From Podarcis liolepis (taxonomy: Eukaryota): DNA of 64,000 nt. The translations under genes were made by a program, and so were the position numbers. Of this stretch, positions 26,201 through 39,337 are shown piece after piece. The number at the start of each line of letters is the position of its first letter. Position 1 is the stretch's first letter. Where the stretch lies: the NCBI GenBank assembly GCA_965112155.1, contig OZ218107.1; one strand, written 5' to 3'. The notes beneath the pieces are model-generated. The model saw nothing but the letters and a program-made list of their open reading frames with translations, ran no database searches and was not told where the DNA came from.

Positions 26201-28823
26201 CCTTGGAAGATGCCACTAGTACATAATTAAGCACCAGTTTAATTTATTGGGATAAAAAAGGGAGAGTTCCTTCCATCTTTAGCTTCTGTAGCAAGTTTCT
26301 TCAGACGTTCTTCATGCATGTCAAATCCTGTGTTATTTTTGTAACTCTGTGTTCAGTTGACATAAGTACAACTTAAGAAGCAGTGATCCATGCAGATGCA
26401 AGATTCTACAAGATCCCAACAGTGACCTAACCACTACCTTGTTTCACTTGTAAAGAAGTCTCCTGTTGATGAAACTCAACATTTGAGTTTTGTTTTTTCC
26501 TCCAACTTCCAGAAACAGTTGGTTGGCCAGTATGTGTCTAGTTCTCCAGTGACTGAAAGTCTGATGTTGCTTTTATTGATCAGTTATAAGGCTTCCAAAC
26601 TTCTAGGTTCTTGATGTGCTTCCAGGTTTTAAGAACTTATCATGACCCATCAAAATAGCTTTTATAATGAAAAGCTTAGACGTTATGTGTATTTGACCTT
26701 ACACTGACATAGTTTCGAGTCACAGCATGGAGCCTTAGAAAAGTTGGCTGAAACAATATTGCTTTGATTTTTTTGCAGTCTGGAGGTCAGGTGTTCAGTT
26801 CTGGCTTATAAAAAGAACTTGTTCAGTCTAGACCCAAACTTGAGTTAGGCACATAAATTCACTTTAACTCCAATGAAAACGTGCACTATCAAGAGCAACA
26901 TATGGGATCATAATATGCTCACACAGCACAATCTTGGAAGTGTGTCCCTGTGAGTTTACCTACTCCTATGCTTAAGATTGAAGTTTTAAGCATATCCATA
27001 CTTAGATAACATTGTTATCCATTTGTCTCTCTCATGGGGTGGAGGGCTGAGAAAAATGACCATAGTAGTGGTACCCACAGGATTCAAAAATTTCCATGGG
27101 CCAAAACCTAGAGAATACTCCACTCTCCTCTTGTTGATTACAGCAGCAAAGTCCCATGCATCCTCTACAGAACTTTCTCCCTAGTAAATGGGTTTAAGAA
27201 GGTAGCTTCCATAATTATCTGATCATGATCAGAGACACCCTTTTTGTTACTATGTCCCATCTTCTGGGTCCACACCTCAACACTGACCAGTTCTAGGCTT
27301 GACTAACCTCTGATTACCTGGACTAAACTGTTGACGATCTAATTATTTAGTATATGGTATTTCATTTGGGGACATTTTGGCGCTGCTCTTTCAATGGAGT
27401 CATAATTATTTTATCAGGGAACTGTCCCACAGATTATTCTCAGTGCTCATATATCACTTAGCAGAGACCATCATCTTCCATAATAACCCACATGGATCTT
27501 TTCTCCCACATTGGGCTGAAGCTGAAGGCTCAGCTGGAAAAGTTGAAAGGAGCCTCATGTGACATTTGCCTTTTGTTTTCAATGTCTGGCAGCCCCAGAG
27601 ATGCCTTTGTGCAGATCTCTGCTCTCCCTTTAGGTGCCCTTTCCCCCCAAACCTCTGCTCTCCCTCAGGTGACACACAGGCCTCTTTAATTAGAGAGGGA
27701 AGCAGTAGCTAATGGTCCCTGGCTTCAGTGCATGCAGGGCTTGTTCTACAAAGCCTCCAGTGATTCTGCTAGTGCTAATGAGATTTTTCTGGAGGGCTGC
27801 AAAAGATCATTAAAAAGCAGTTTTTGCAAACCCAATATTAGTTTTCATATTGTGAAATGGAAATACATCCTTGCCACTCATTGTTAAACAATGCCAGGGT
27901 GATTGTCTGTCACTCTTAGCAAACGCCAAGTCCCAGGATCTTCTTCAAGAAATATCCTGCCCATGATGCACCACTGAGAACATAAACCTGATAGTATTGT
28001 TCTAAGCTGATGGATATGCATGATAATGATGCCCTGCTAAATTTCCATGAGGGTCATACCGTTTGGCTATTGGACTGACTCTTTAGCAAGACTGCTTTCA
28101 GCTGAATCTTTTCCTCACTTTTTGTATCCCCTTTCTTACTTTGGCTTTAAAGCTGATGAATAGGCAATTTGAAATTTGCATACACTGAAATGCAGTGACA
28201 TATACAGCGGCAGGGCCCCCTCCCTCCATGCCCTCAGAGAAAGGTAGCAGTCTCAGGCTTCATTGAAAGGCAATTTTAAATGGCTTTTAGATGTGCATAT
28301 AATGAAATTATTTCAGGTATGTAAATGAGCAATACCTCTCCCCCACCGTAAGTGAAGTGTCAATCTTAGACTTGACAATGACTGAAAGTTCCAGAATTGA
28401 ACTCCAATCATCAGTATGTTTACTGGAAGTCATATCAAGTTCGATGGGACATTTTCCCTAACAGTTGTGCTTAGAATTTTAGCCAAGAGGCCTATTTCCC
28501 CCCATGACCTTTTCAGCACATGGTAACCATTAGTAAAAGCTACCAGAACGCATCAGGTGCCATCCATCACCATTGCTGCATGCCATATAAGCCACAGTGA
28601 GTTTATAATGCTGTGAGAAAAGATTGATTATTTGCCTTAGAGTGGCTCAAATGACCATCCGAAGCATTTTTAAATCACTGGGTTGGATTCTTTAGGTAAA
28701 TGCATAATTGGTTATATCTATGTGCATCCAAGTTCTGCAAAACTTTAACATCAGTTAAGTTCAATAAGATATATACTTGTATGCCTGTTTTGAGCATGTT
28801 TGCTGGTGAGTAATCAGAGCCCA

Positions 28824-29174
28824 GTGGGCGGCGCTGTGGGTTAAACCACAGAGCCTAGGACTTGCCGATCAGAAGGTCAGCAGTTCGAATCCCCACGATG
28901 GGGTGAGCTCCCCTTGCTCAGTCCCTGCTCCTGCCAACCTAGCAGTTCGAAAGCATGTCAAAGTGCAAGTAGATAAATAGGTACCGCTCTGGCGGGAAGG
29001 AAAATGGTGTTTCCGTGTGCTGCTCTGGTTCACCAGAAGCAGCTTAGTCATGCTGGCCACATGACCCGGAAGCTGTACGCCGGCTCCCTCGGCCAATAAA
29101 GCGAGATGAGCGCCGCAACCCCAGAGTCGGTCACAACTGGACCTAATGGTCAGGGGTCCCTTCACCTTTACCTT
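28824..29174 (+). mobile_element. Sauria SINE
   Basis: Near full length with (ACCTTT)n tail; TSD taatc(a/g)gagccca at 28811-28823 and 29175-29187. Confidence 0.93.
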
Positions 29175-32100
29175 TAATCGGAGCCCAAACTCTAGGGTGG
29201 CTAGATGTTCTTCATTTCAGAAACATCCAGAATATCTTTTCAACTTCATCAATAATACTTTATTTCAAATGCTTTCATAAAACCACTTAAAAATTCTAAG
29301 CTGTGCTTATGACACAGGCAGATGTCTGCACGGCACGGACACCCCATTGATATTTTGCTTCAGTTAACTTCACATCAGCTCACATGAGCTTGCAGGATCT
29401 TCACTGGTGCTTGTGATCTTCAACAGACGTCTCTTTGCAATATCTAACAAACACAATGGTGATGTTTTGGGTACAGCATGTGGAAATGTGCTGCTAACCA
29501 GCAACCCTGGTGAAGTCAAGCTTCATATAAGACAGATTTCACACACTGCTGGAAGTCCACGTAATTAATCACTTTGTAATTCAGTGACCAAATTCACCTC
29601 ATCGAGTTTCACATGTAAGAGTCTTTAAACAGAGCAGCTGGTTCATATGTAAATTCATATTTGAGGTCATTGGCAGTGTTTCCATTTCTTTCTGCTGTGA
29701 GAATAAGAAGCCAGAACAGCAGTGCACTCAGACTGTGGTAGATATGAAGGATTTTTGTAGATATATTAATATTATGCATCTTCATATACAATTATATTGC
29801 AGGTTCTAGTTCTTCTTCATCATAGCTAACACCCTGTGTGGACAGATCAGATGGGCCATGTATCAGACCCTTGATATAGCATGTAATTGCGCATGGAGAA
29901 AGAAAGAGAAAGAGAACTAAGTTTCCAGAAAGTGTCATATATGAAGGGCTACACACTTATTGATTAGCATAGTGATCAGCAGCAAGCCGCCGCTACTTTT
30001 GAGTGGGAATGAAACACATGCTGGCCAATGTAGATCTTATATAGTAGATTGGGAGGTCTTGCACAACAAACCCACTTCTCCAAAAGAGCAGGCTTTCTTC
30101 CATAAGGAAAGTGGTAAGGGAAGTGTGGTTTTACATATACAGTGACATCTAGCCTCCCCTCAAGCAAATCAGGATGAATGATACAAAAACAGTTCACCAG
30201 GAAGCACTCTTATTTTTACAAAACCAAACAAAAAACCACACCCAACCCCAACCTTTGAATGCACATATCTAATCCTAACAGCAGGGCTGGGGAACTCTGG
30301 CTCTCCAGATCTTGCTGAGCTTCCACAGCTACAGCCTATGCTGGCTTGGGCTGATGAGTTCAATGACATCTGAAGGTCAACAGGTTCCCCAACTCCACCT
30401 TATTGAATGTGAGGCCGTGAAACCAACACCACCTTCCTTATCAGGTGACCTCATGAGCGAATTCTGCTCCTGGTTCCCCATAGCCTCCATGTTCAAGATG
30501 TACTGAAGAAGGTCTGTCAGAGTCACCACCTGCCAAGTCTATGTGGCCTGGGTGGATGATGCAGGGAGGACCCAAGGAGTTCCCATTTCACAAGCCAAAA
30601 AGCTTAGACAGACGGATTTGAGGGAAACCTTTCATCTTTCCAAGTGATATCTTGGCAAACACATGAATACCTCAAATTTAATCCATTTTTTAAAAACTGC
30701 ACTGACCTGCTGCATGAATATCCATATGTCTGTGTCTCCTTCACCCTCCCCTCATGACTACATGTTTAATTAGGGACTAAACCCACAATTAAACAATTAG
30801 GGCCATGCAAGGCCTCCAGCTGACACACTGAACTGGGCCTGAACTGGACCTAGAACTGGATAGGGAAGTGCACAGCCCTAATGGACAAGAAAGCATCAAG
30901 TTCAATATTGGCACAGAAAAGGAAAGGCTGCTTTCAGTCAAGTGCAGAGCTAAATCTTTTTAGCGGTTTGTTTTAACTTGCATAGCAACCTCCCTGCACA
31001 TATCGAGATGTCATTCTCCTCTTGTTGGCAAAATCTCATCGACACGTTTTGTGGATGAACTTGATTGACTTTTGCACAGATGAATAGCACACATCCAGTG
31101 ACTCCGCCAATTGGCTGTCACATCACGGTATGATGCTCTCTCTCAGACTGTCCACATCTTTCTGTATCATCTTTTCTTTACTGTCACTGCATTATGAGTT
31201 AACCTCTTAGCAAAGAAGAGTGCAGTAATTTTGGATCTTTGGAATGTCTGCTGCTGCAGCCTGCACCGTCCACTGCTGATAACTGTTTAGGGAGCTCTGT
31301 CTCCTAGATTTCTGTGGACCCTGAAGTTGTATAACAATGGTAACAAGAACATGACCTCCCCATTATATTGTTGAAATAAAGAAGTCTTGGGGGAGGTAAC
31401 TGGGGATTTGTGTGTGGAAGGACTGTGAGCTCAGTATAGTTTTGGTACTCAGGGAAAATTCTCATGTTTGGAATTCTTTAATTCTAAATGGATGCCTTTG
31501 CACCAGACTCCAACTTGTGCACTTAATTGTTTTTAAAAACCCATGTAGAACCCACAAGCTTGAAGTCTGCCCTCCCCTACCTTAGAATACAGCACAGTTA
31601 TTTATATTTTACACCTGTGTTTGGGTAATTTCCATGCACTTCTGGAGCACAAAATCTGTCTTTCTGGTTTTCCCCATTGCTTTCAAGGCAGTATTTTCCT
31701 ACCAGATGAGATATTTATGAGTGGTACTTAATAAAATTGCTCTCTGAGCATTTGCCTTGTACACAGCATTCCTAGAAGTGGCATTCGTTTCAACAGCAGC
31801 ATACAGGAAAGTAGATTTATAAGCTTTCTTCTTGTAGGGCCCTCCTTTCAAGATGGCTCAGCGCTGATACCACAAAGAAGACATGGATCAGGGCAAGTGG
31901 TACTGACAAGTTGCTGAGACACACATTTTGTAAGCTATCCCCCCATTTTTATTTTTATTTTTGGATGGTGATTGAAGGATTATGGGCAAATAGAATTTTT
32001 TTCCCCTTGGAAAATCACTTCTTTTTGTGAAATTGCAGAGTATTTGAACATCGGTGGTGGAACAGAGCTACACTCCTGACAGCATCACCATTGCAGCTTA

Positions 32101-35100
32101 GCTGGGTGCGTCAGAATAGTGGCAATGTCAGCGCTGTGCAGATGCATTAGTGAAACCAATTGGGCTCTTCCAGTGGTGTGTCATTGCCAATTCACACAAT
32201 ACAGGTCAGCTGACCACATCACATATGGCTACTGTAGATAAACTAATCACCTGTCTGGAGCACATGACATTGGTAGAGCAGGGATGGACAAGTCACTCAG
32301 TTTTGGTTTCTCTGAGTTTCTCATTTCTCCAAACTTAAATTCAGTTTACCCCATTTTTGCATCAGTTTGCAGGGTTTTAAGCATTTCAGTGTACATCTCT
32401 CGTAATATATGCATTTTCTATACAATTCAAAATGGACAACATCTCTCAAGGTTGATTTACTGATCAATTTGCCACAACACATAAATCTTGTATGCATGTA
32501 GCTGGCATGGCTCCCAGCTTTAAAGACAAAGCAATTGCTATGCTTAACGGAAAGAGGTGGGAAAACCCTCTTTTCTGTCTAGTGCTTTCTAGAACAGTTT
32601 TCCAGGACCAGTCCTTTAATTAACTAGTAGCAAGTCAAATGTAAAAGAAGAGAAATCCGTCATACTAGAGAGGAATGATCTATCCATAGCAAGTGTGGGA
32701 TGCTATATATTTTAAACCAGAAGGATGCCTTTAGCATATTGCAAACAAGCTTCAGTTCGGCGCCAACATGCACATCTGCTTTCATCAAAATGTGGCAGGT
32801 GACAAGCTAAGAGGCACATCCACAAAAGAGGGGAAAGCTAAATAGAAATGTTAGTAGCTCCTTATGCATGCCTGTGTGTGTTCATTCAGCATTATCTATG
32901 ATGCACTCCTATGGCTGTGTAGCCATCAATCTAGGCGTTCCTGCACAGAATGTGTCTCGCACAGCTTCCCTGTTTTTGCCAATCTGCGGCATTTTAATGG
33001 AAAGGTTTGAAGAGAGGATGAGGTGTTTCTCTTGTTTGAAACAAAACAGGGTGCCTGGTTTGAAATGGAAATGAGCCCAGCAGCTGGCAACTTCTTTGCG
33101 CTGTGCAAACTGCCGTAGAAAAGAGCTCGGCGGAAGGAACATGGTGCGGGGGAGACAGCAGGGGAGCAGGGCGAAAGGCTCTCATTTGGCGTCAAAGCGA
33201 AAGCTGCTTGCTTTTGGCCTCAGGATGCTTCCTCCAGGATGCAGAGATCCAGGAATGCTCCTCCCCTCTCCCAGTACACAGTTGATAGTCCTGTTGGCTC
33301 ACTTGATGGAGTCCTCTGGATGCATCGAGCTCTGTGGGTCACGTGCCATTGGCAGATGTTGCGCCCCCAAGTGAATTGTTTTATGAGTTGAAACAGGGTG
33401 GAGGGACAGATACCCCAGGTGTGGCCCAAGTTACTTTGCTGTCTGAGGTGGAGGACAAGATGATCCTGTCCCCTCTGCCATTCCATGCATGGAAGCTAAT
33501 CCGATGGGCAACTGAATATTACTTTAGTACTCATGGAACAGCATTCTCCAAGGCTGCACTCATACGATACATTTTAAGGCCCATGATGTCACTTTAAACA
33601 GTCATAGCAAAACAGTCAATGCCAAAGCATTCTGGGAACTGTAGTTTGTTAAGGGTGCTGAGTGTTGATAGGAGGCCCCTATTTCCTCTAAAGAGTTACC
33701 ATTCCCTGGTAATTACCATTGTCAAACCACTCAGGGAATTGCATACCCTCTAACATTTATCTGATGAAAATAGGGACACCCAATTCAATAGTAATAGTAG
33801 TAGTAGTAGTAGTAGTGATAATATTTATACCCTGCCCATCTGACTGGGTTGCCCCAGCCACTCTGAGCAGCTTCCAACATGTATAAAAACATAATAAAAC
33901 ATTAAACATTAATAAACTTCCTTATACAGGGCTGCCTTCAGATGTCTTCTAAAGGTTGTATAGTTACTTATCTCCTTGGTTTGGGGGGGCTGCATAACTT
34001 CATACCCTAAAACACTTCTCCAATGATAATATGGATGTCCTAAAGAAAAGTGGAACATCCCAGAATCAAATCAGAAACCTGGACAGCTTCTGCAAATCTG
34101 GGACTGTCCCTGGGAAATAGGAACACCTGGAGGGTCTGGAATTGTAGCATTATATTGTCAATTGGGGGTGGCTGAGGCAAAGAATGAGTGGCCATGTCGT
34201 GAGTTCATAGTAGAGGCAAGATCTGAACTAGAGACTTCCCGCTTCGTAACTCAGTCTATTAGCCCTTGTGTGACTGCAGCTCATAGGTGAAAGATCTGTC
34301 CAAATTAGAGCACTAGAATGACCACCTTTGAGTAAAGACTGCCTGGCAACACATTTATTTGGGCAGCTGAACAATGTAATATCGCTTTCACTGCCACGGC
34401 CAACCCTTACATGAGAGGTGCCTAAGCAGGGCACAGGCAGCAACAGCAAACCATGCTCAGTGCCTTCTCCAGTTAACTGAAATTTCCGCTTTATTTCCCT
34501 GAGCCCCTTAAAGGACAAACCCAGTGTTTCATCAGGCAAAACCTCAGGTGGTGTGGCATTATTAGCCTGTCACTGTAAGTAATAGAGCCGTTTGATCACC
34601 TCCACATACCATACTTGGGATCATTTAACAACCCTAAAGAGTAAACCTCTTTACTCTGATTTAGAGTTTACATCCCTGGCATCAAATTTAACATCAAGAT
34701 ATCCTCAACTCTTGACCTATGCTGAAAATGTGCGTACTTCTGAATGTAAAAGCATACCTTTAGAGCCAGACTGAGGCTGCAGTCCTATGCATGCTTACCC
34801 AGGAGTAAGTGCCATTGAACTCAGTGGGGCTTGCTCCTGAGTAATGTCCATACAGCTGCTCTGTAAATTAGTTAAGTTTAACTCCCTTTGAAATCAATGT
34901 GAATGAAGTGCAAATACACAGCAATTCTATCCATATTTACCTGGGAGTAAGTATGGCAGAATTCAGTGGGCCTTATTTGTGAGTAGACACATATAGGATT
35001 GTGCTGCAACTGAGTCTGGATCCAACCCATTGACTGCAGCTCACAGCTGTGTACACACTATACATTTAAAAACCCCACAAGGAATCCTGGGAATTGTAGT

Positions 35101-35148
35101 TTGTTAAGAGTGCTGAGAGCTTTAGCTCTGTGAGAGGTCAACTACATT

Positions 35149-35326
35149 CACTGGCGGAGGAAGAGGAGTGCGGAAGGAGTGCACCACTCCCAGCAGCGCG
35201 ATCCCCAGTGTGCTATCGTGGCTGCCCCCCACCCACACTGGGCGCCCTGCCCCCAGAACGCGTGCCCCTCCCCCACCTGCTCTCCGCCCCACCCCCCTGG
35301 TGCCGGAGCATGCAGCTCTGCCAATG
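35149..35326. mobile_element. GC-rich hAT MITE nested in a palindromic MITE
   Basis: TIR CACTGGCGGAG / CTCTGCCAATG; 8-bp TSD actacatt at 35141-35148 and 35327-35334; a related terminus (ttcctccgccactg) at about 10535-10548. Confidence 0.8.
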
Positions 35327-36885
35327 ACTACATTTCCCAGGATGCTTGGGGGGTGGGATGTGATTTAAATGTATTGCATGTGCACAGCCTTATCTCATTG
35401 AAGTTAAAGGGAAATCGCCCACTGATTTCAATAGTTGCAGATCACAACTAATTGGAACAATGTGCATTTCTCTATATCCATATATTAAAGCTGAAGAATA
35501 GATTTAAGACTCTTTGGGATCTAGCTTTGTCGCAGAAATATAGTTATTAGATCTTGGAAAAGGATAGGCAAAACTGTAGGTTAATAAAGCTAGTAACATC
35601 CTTTGTTTTTCCGCACTCGAGTTGTTTTGAATGGGGCAGCGTCAAGGGTAAGAAAAATAAACACTATATTTCTTCCCTACATATTGAATTCTCTTGCACC
35701 TTCACCGATGCTCATTTCACCCTTAGACTTCTTCAGATAATTTACTTTCACACAGATTCTTTATTTACTGAGATGCAAAAAGAAAGAAAAGAAATGTGTA
35801 AACAGTAAATGCATCCAACATAGGGGCTGTTATCCTTGTAGGTTTTGTCTTCTCCTTGTAGTTATCATAGTGTAAGAAACAAAAGTATTAGACTTGGGAG
35901 AAATTTATTCCGGCCTTTGGTAGCTGAGCAGGCCTCTTCTATGGTGTTCATCTTTTAGTGGGGTAGGGACTGACATTTTAAGGATTGTGTATTGTACATG
36001 GTTTTATATGCTCTAGTTTTCATAATTGATTTTATTCTATCTCTATTTTATCTTGTTAAATTACTTTGAGACTCTTTTATGTGAGGCAACTAATAAATGT
36101 AATGATGCTGATGCTGATAATAATAATAATATTTATGATACCAAAATTTAAACACTGTTCTGTAATTCCAGTAAAATGACAGCAAAAAAATGATGGCCAT
36201 GAATCCCTTTGATGACTGGAGCGTCAGGCCCAGCAACATTGGCCTGAAAGGGAGGGATGCCTGTGGGGAAATAAAAACTGACATTTAGATTGGAGTCTTG
36301 TTAAATGAGCACTTCACAATCAAGTTCTGTGTATTGTTTTACATGCTGCACCTCCCCTGGGGGATGAATGGAGCTATCTTTCCTTGTAATATACACCAAG
36401 CACCAGAAAGTGGATTAGACAGAGTGCAGAACTGCAAGGCCCTTCCTTTCTTCCGTTTTTAATTCTCTTGTTTAGTTTGCAGAATTGAAAACTATTTAAA
36501 CCTTATCCAGAATGTTTAAGCTGTAGCTGTTTGATGAAGCATTTGAGGGCTTTGTAGAAAAGATTTGCATGTGAACTCAGTCGAAATAGAGCTCGCTTTT
36601 CAAGATGGAAAACACAAAGTAGCAGTATTTACTTATCTCACGCACACAAAAATAATTTCAGGATTCAAAGCTCCCAAGTCGAGATTCATTTATTTTCCTG
36701 GCCTGCACTCTTTTTCAAAGAGTTGCCTAAGAAACTTGGACTGCAAACTTATTCCCACTTACATGGGAGTAGGCTCCATGGAACACAATAGGACATGTAC
36801 CTCTGAGCAGACACAATTAAGATTGTGTTGGGTTTAAGTATTCTAAAGCTATAGCAGATAGCATTGTGGGGTGGCAGCATGTACC

Positions 36886-37071
36886 TGACCTCTCAGCAGC
36901 TAAGTCTTTGCTGCTTACTGGGATGGTGAGTTAGTGGAAGTTGGCATAGGGCAAACACACTGGCAAAAGTGCTGGATTGGCTCCTTCAGTGCATTTGCCC
37001 CACACCAACCTCTCTGCCAGCTCATCTGCCTCCCTCGCAGTAAGCAGCAGCTACTCAGCTGTCAGGCGGTC
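36886..37071. repeat. Degenerate foldback (MITE-like) element
   Basis: tgacc..cagctaagt..tgctgcttactg pairs with cagtaagcagca..actcagctg..ggtca. Confidence 0.55.
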
Positions 37072-38596
37072 ATAGAATCATAGAATTGTAGAGTTGGAAG
37101 GGATCCTGAGGATAATCTGGTCCAGCCTCCCACAACCTTGGCATTGTTAGCATAAAGCTCTAACCAAAGGAGCTGTCCAGGGTCCTGTAAGTGCCATGAT
37201 AGTAAACCTATGTTGTTTGTTGGGAAACTTCACATACCCTCCATTTGCTCTTCTAAGAAGCATCTGGCTATCCACTGCTGGAAGCTGGACCCTGCAGTAG
37301 ATGAAAGCTGGGTCAGATGCAGCAGAGGTCTTCCGATGTTCTTAAGCTGCTTGAAGCTCATTGAAGCAGCTCTTGAGAAAGATTGCCATAGGGTGACGAT
37401 GTAGAGAAAGCTGCCATCTGCTTGTTAAAGAACTATCTGCTCTTTCTGAGGTTATTTCTCTCCATAGGTGCTGTGTACTGTGGCTTGACTGCTGAAAAAC
37501 TATGCTAATTGCTCCACTGTCAGAAAAACATACGTGCTCGCTTTCCTTGAAATTAAACTGCCATGTAAACCGGTCTCTTGGGATCTGTGGTGAATCACTG
37601 CTGAGAGAAATGGAGGCACGGGGGAGAAAAGGAGATCACTAGATTTGGTCACTCCTTACCTGTCTGGATACAAGAAAGCTGATTAAGACTGCAATCCTAT
37701 ACACACCTACACAGGGAGTAATGAACTCAAGGCATTAGTGGATGTGCATGGGATTGCATTGCTCTAACGAGCACTTCTGGTGAAGAGACAATATGTTTGT
37801 ATGAATGGACAGAAAGGCATAACTTGGGGTCATACTCAAATAAGAAGCATTGAAATTAATGAACCTAGGGGCAGAACCACACAGCAAAGCACATTCAATG
37901 CACATTTAATGGACATAACTTCCCCCCAAGAATCCGGGGAACTGTAGTTTGTTAAGAGTACTTGGAAGTGTACTTCTGAGAGTGGGAGCTAGAATTCTGA
38001 GGGTTCTCTGTGGGAAGTCATATACTTTAAATGTGCATTGAATGCTTTAAATGCATGGTGTGGATTTGTTCTTGTACATTAATTTCAGTAGGTCTAATCT
38101 GAGTATAATTAGCGATAGATATGACCCTTGAGTTTTAGTGGATTCTTTGCAGCTAAAACCGAAATGCATCTTAACTGTGGCAATCACTTGCTACCCACAA
38201 AAGTGGTAGTTTGCAGATCTTAGTGAATGCATGAAAGGAAGAGTTAAGACCTGCTCAGTGCATCCAGACACAGAGTATATAGATACACAGAGCCAAGCAC
38301 ATCATGCAGTTTCATTGCTCAGCCTATAAATGTGTCTGCCTTTCATTCTCATTCCAGCTGCTTTTGACCCTGGAAGTCATAGCTTTGAGCTAGGTGCCAC
38401 CAGGTGAAGGCTACTTAGCTGGAATTGAAACAATAGGGGCCTTAGCTACTAAATAGATAACACTTTTTTGTTTTTGTTTTACCACAGCATGTATGTACCT
38501 AATCTCTGCACTCACAAAGGTTGGTAAAAGCATTTTTGAGTAGTCACTGCCACAAAACAAACCCTAGAGACATTTGGAGGCTCATATTGTACTTGG

Positions 38597-38852
38597 TTTA
38601 TTAAACCATGCCAGTGAGAGTAGATAAATAGGTACTGCTGTGGCAGGAAGGTAAACAGCATTTCCGTGTGCTCTGGTTTTTGTCACGGTGCTCCATTGCA
38701 CCAGAGGTGGTTTAGTCATGCTGGCCACGTGACCCGGAAAGCTGTCTGTGGACAAACAGCGGCTCCCTCAGCCTGAAAGCAATTTGAGCACCGCAATCCC
38801 ATAGTTGCCTTTGACTGGAGTTATCCGGGGATTCTTTAGCTTTTACCTTTAC
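38597..38852 (+). mobile_element. 5'-truncated, diverged Sauria SINE
   Basis: gtagataaataggtac...gtcatgctggccacgtgacccggaa...accttt; 16-bp TSD ctcatattgtacttgg at 38581-38596 and 38853-38868. Confidence 0.85.
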
Positions 38853-39008
38853 CTCATATTGTACTTGGATTTCTCAACATTCAAGGGATTCTGAGGTAAT
38901 CAATATATATATATATATATATATATATATGCTTTCGTAGATTTTCACGGGTACAGGAATGCAGGTTTTGGTGTCTTCGGGTGTCTTCCCGTGTAAGAGT
39001 TGGGGTGT

Positions 39009-39055
39009 CTAGGCGACGTTTCGACGAGGTCTCACTCGTCATCTTCAGGCTGGTG
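39009..39055 (-). ncRNA. Second copy of the hammerhead motif, in the inverted pLTR
   Basis: gacgtttcgacgaggtctcactcgtcatcttcag (39015-39048) is the exact reverse complement of 41189-41222. Confidence 0.8.
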
Positions 39056-39337
39056 CTTTCGGCTTCTTGTTACTGGAACAGAGCAGGATCTCAGTGTTTG
39101 AGTTCCTATAAATACTGTTGAGGGGGTGTGGTGTATAGCCTCCAACGTTCTGGGCAGAGAGGAAGTTCCCAGGTTAGTGTGCCTTTTCTTCTTTTGTTCC
39201 TTAATTACTTGAGGGATATCTTGAGTGATTTCTTGAGTGATATTCTGAGTACCACTTAGGTGGGTCATTAAGTGTGGATTAGTTGCTAAAGCTTTCGTGT
39301 CTTGACCTCTTGAGCTTGTGAAGAGTTTTTCTGAGTC

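Noticed and set aside
39032-39268. 78-aa ORF identical to 40969..41205, suggesting a duplicated gene
   Set aside because: Simply the inverted pLTR copy.
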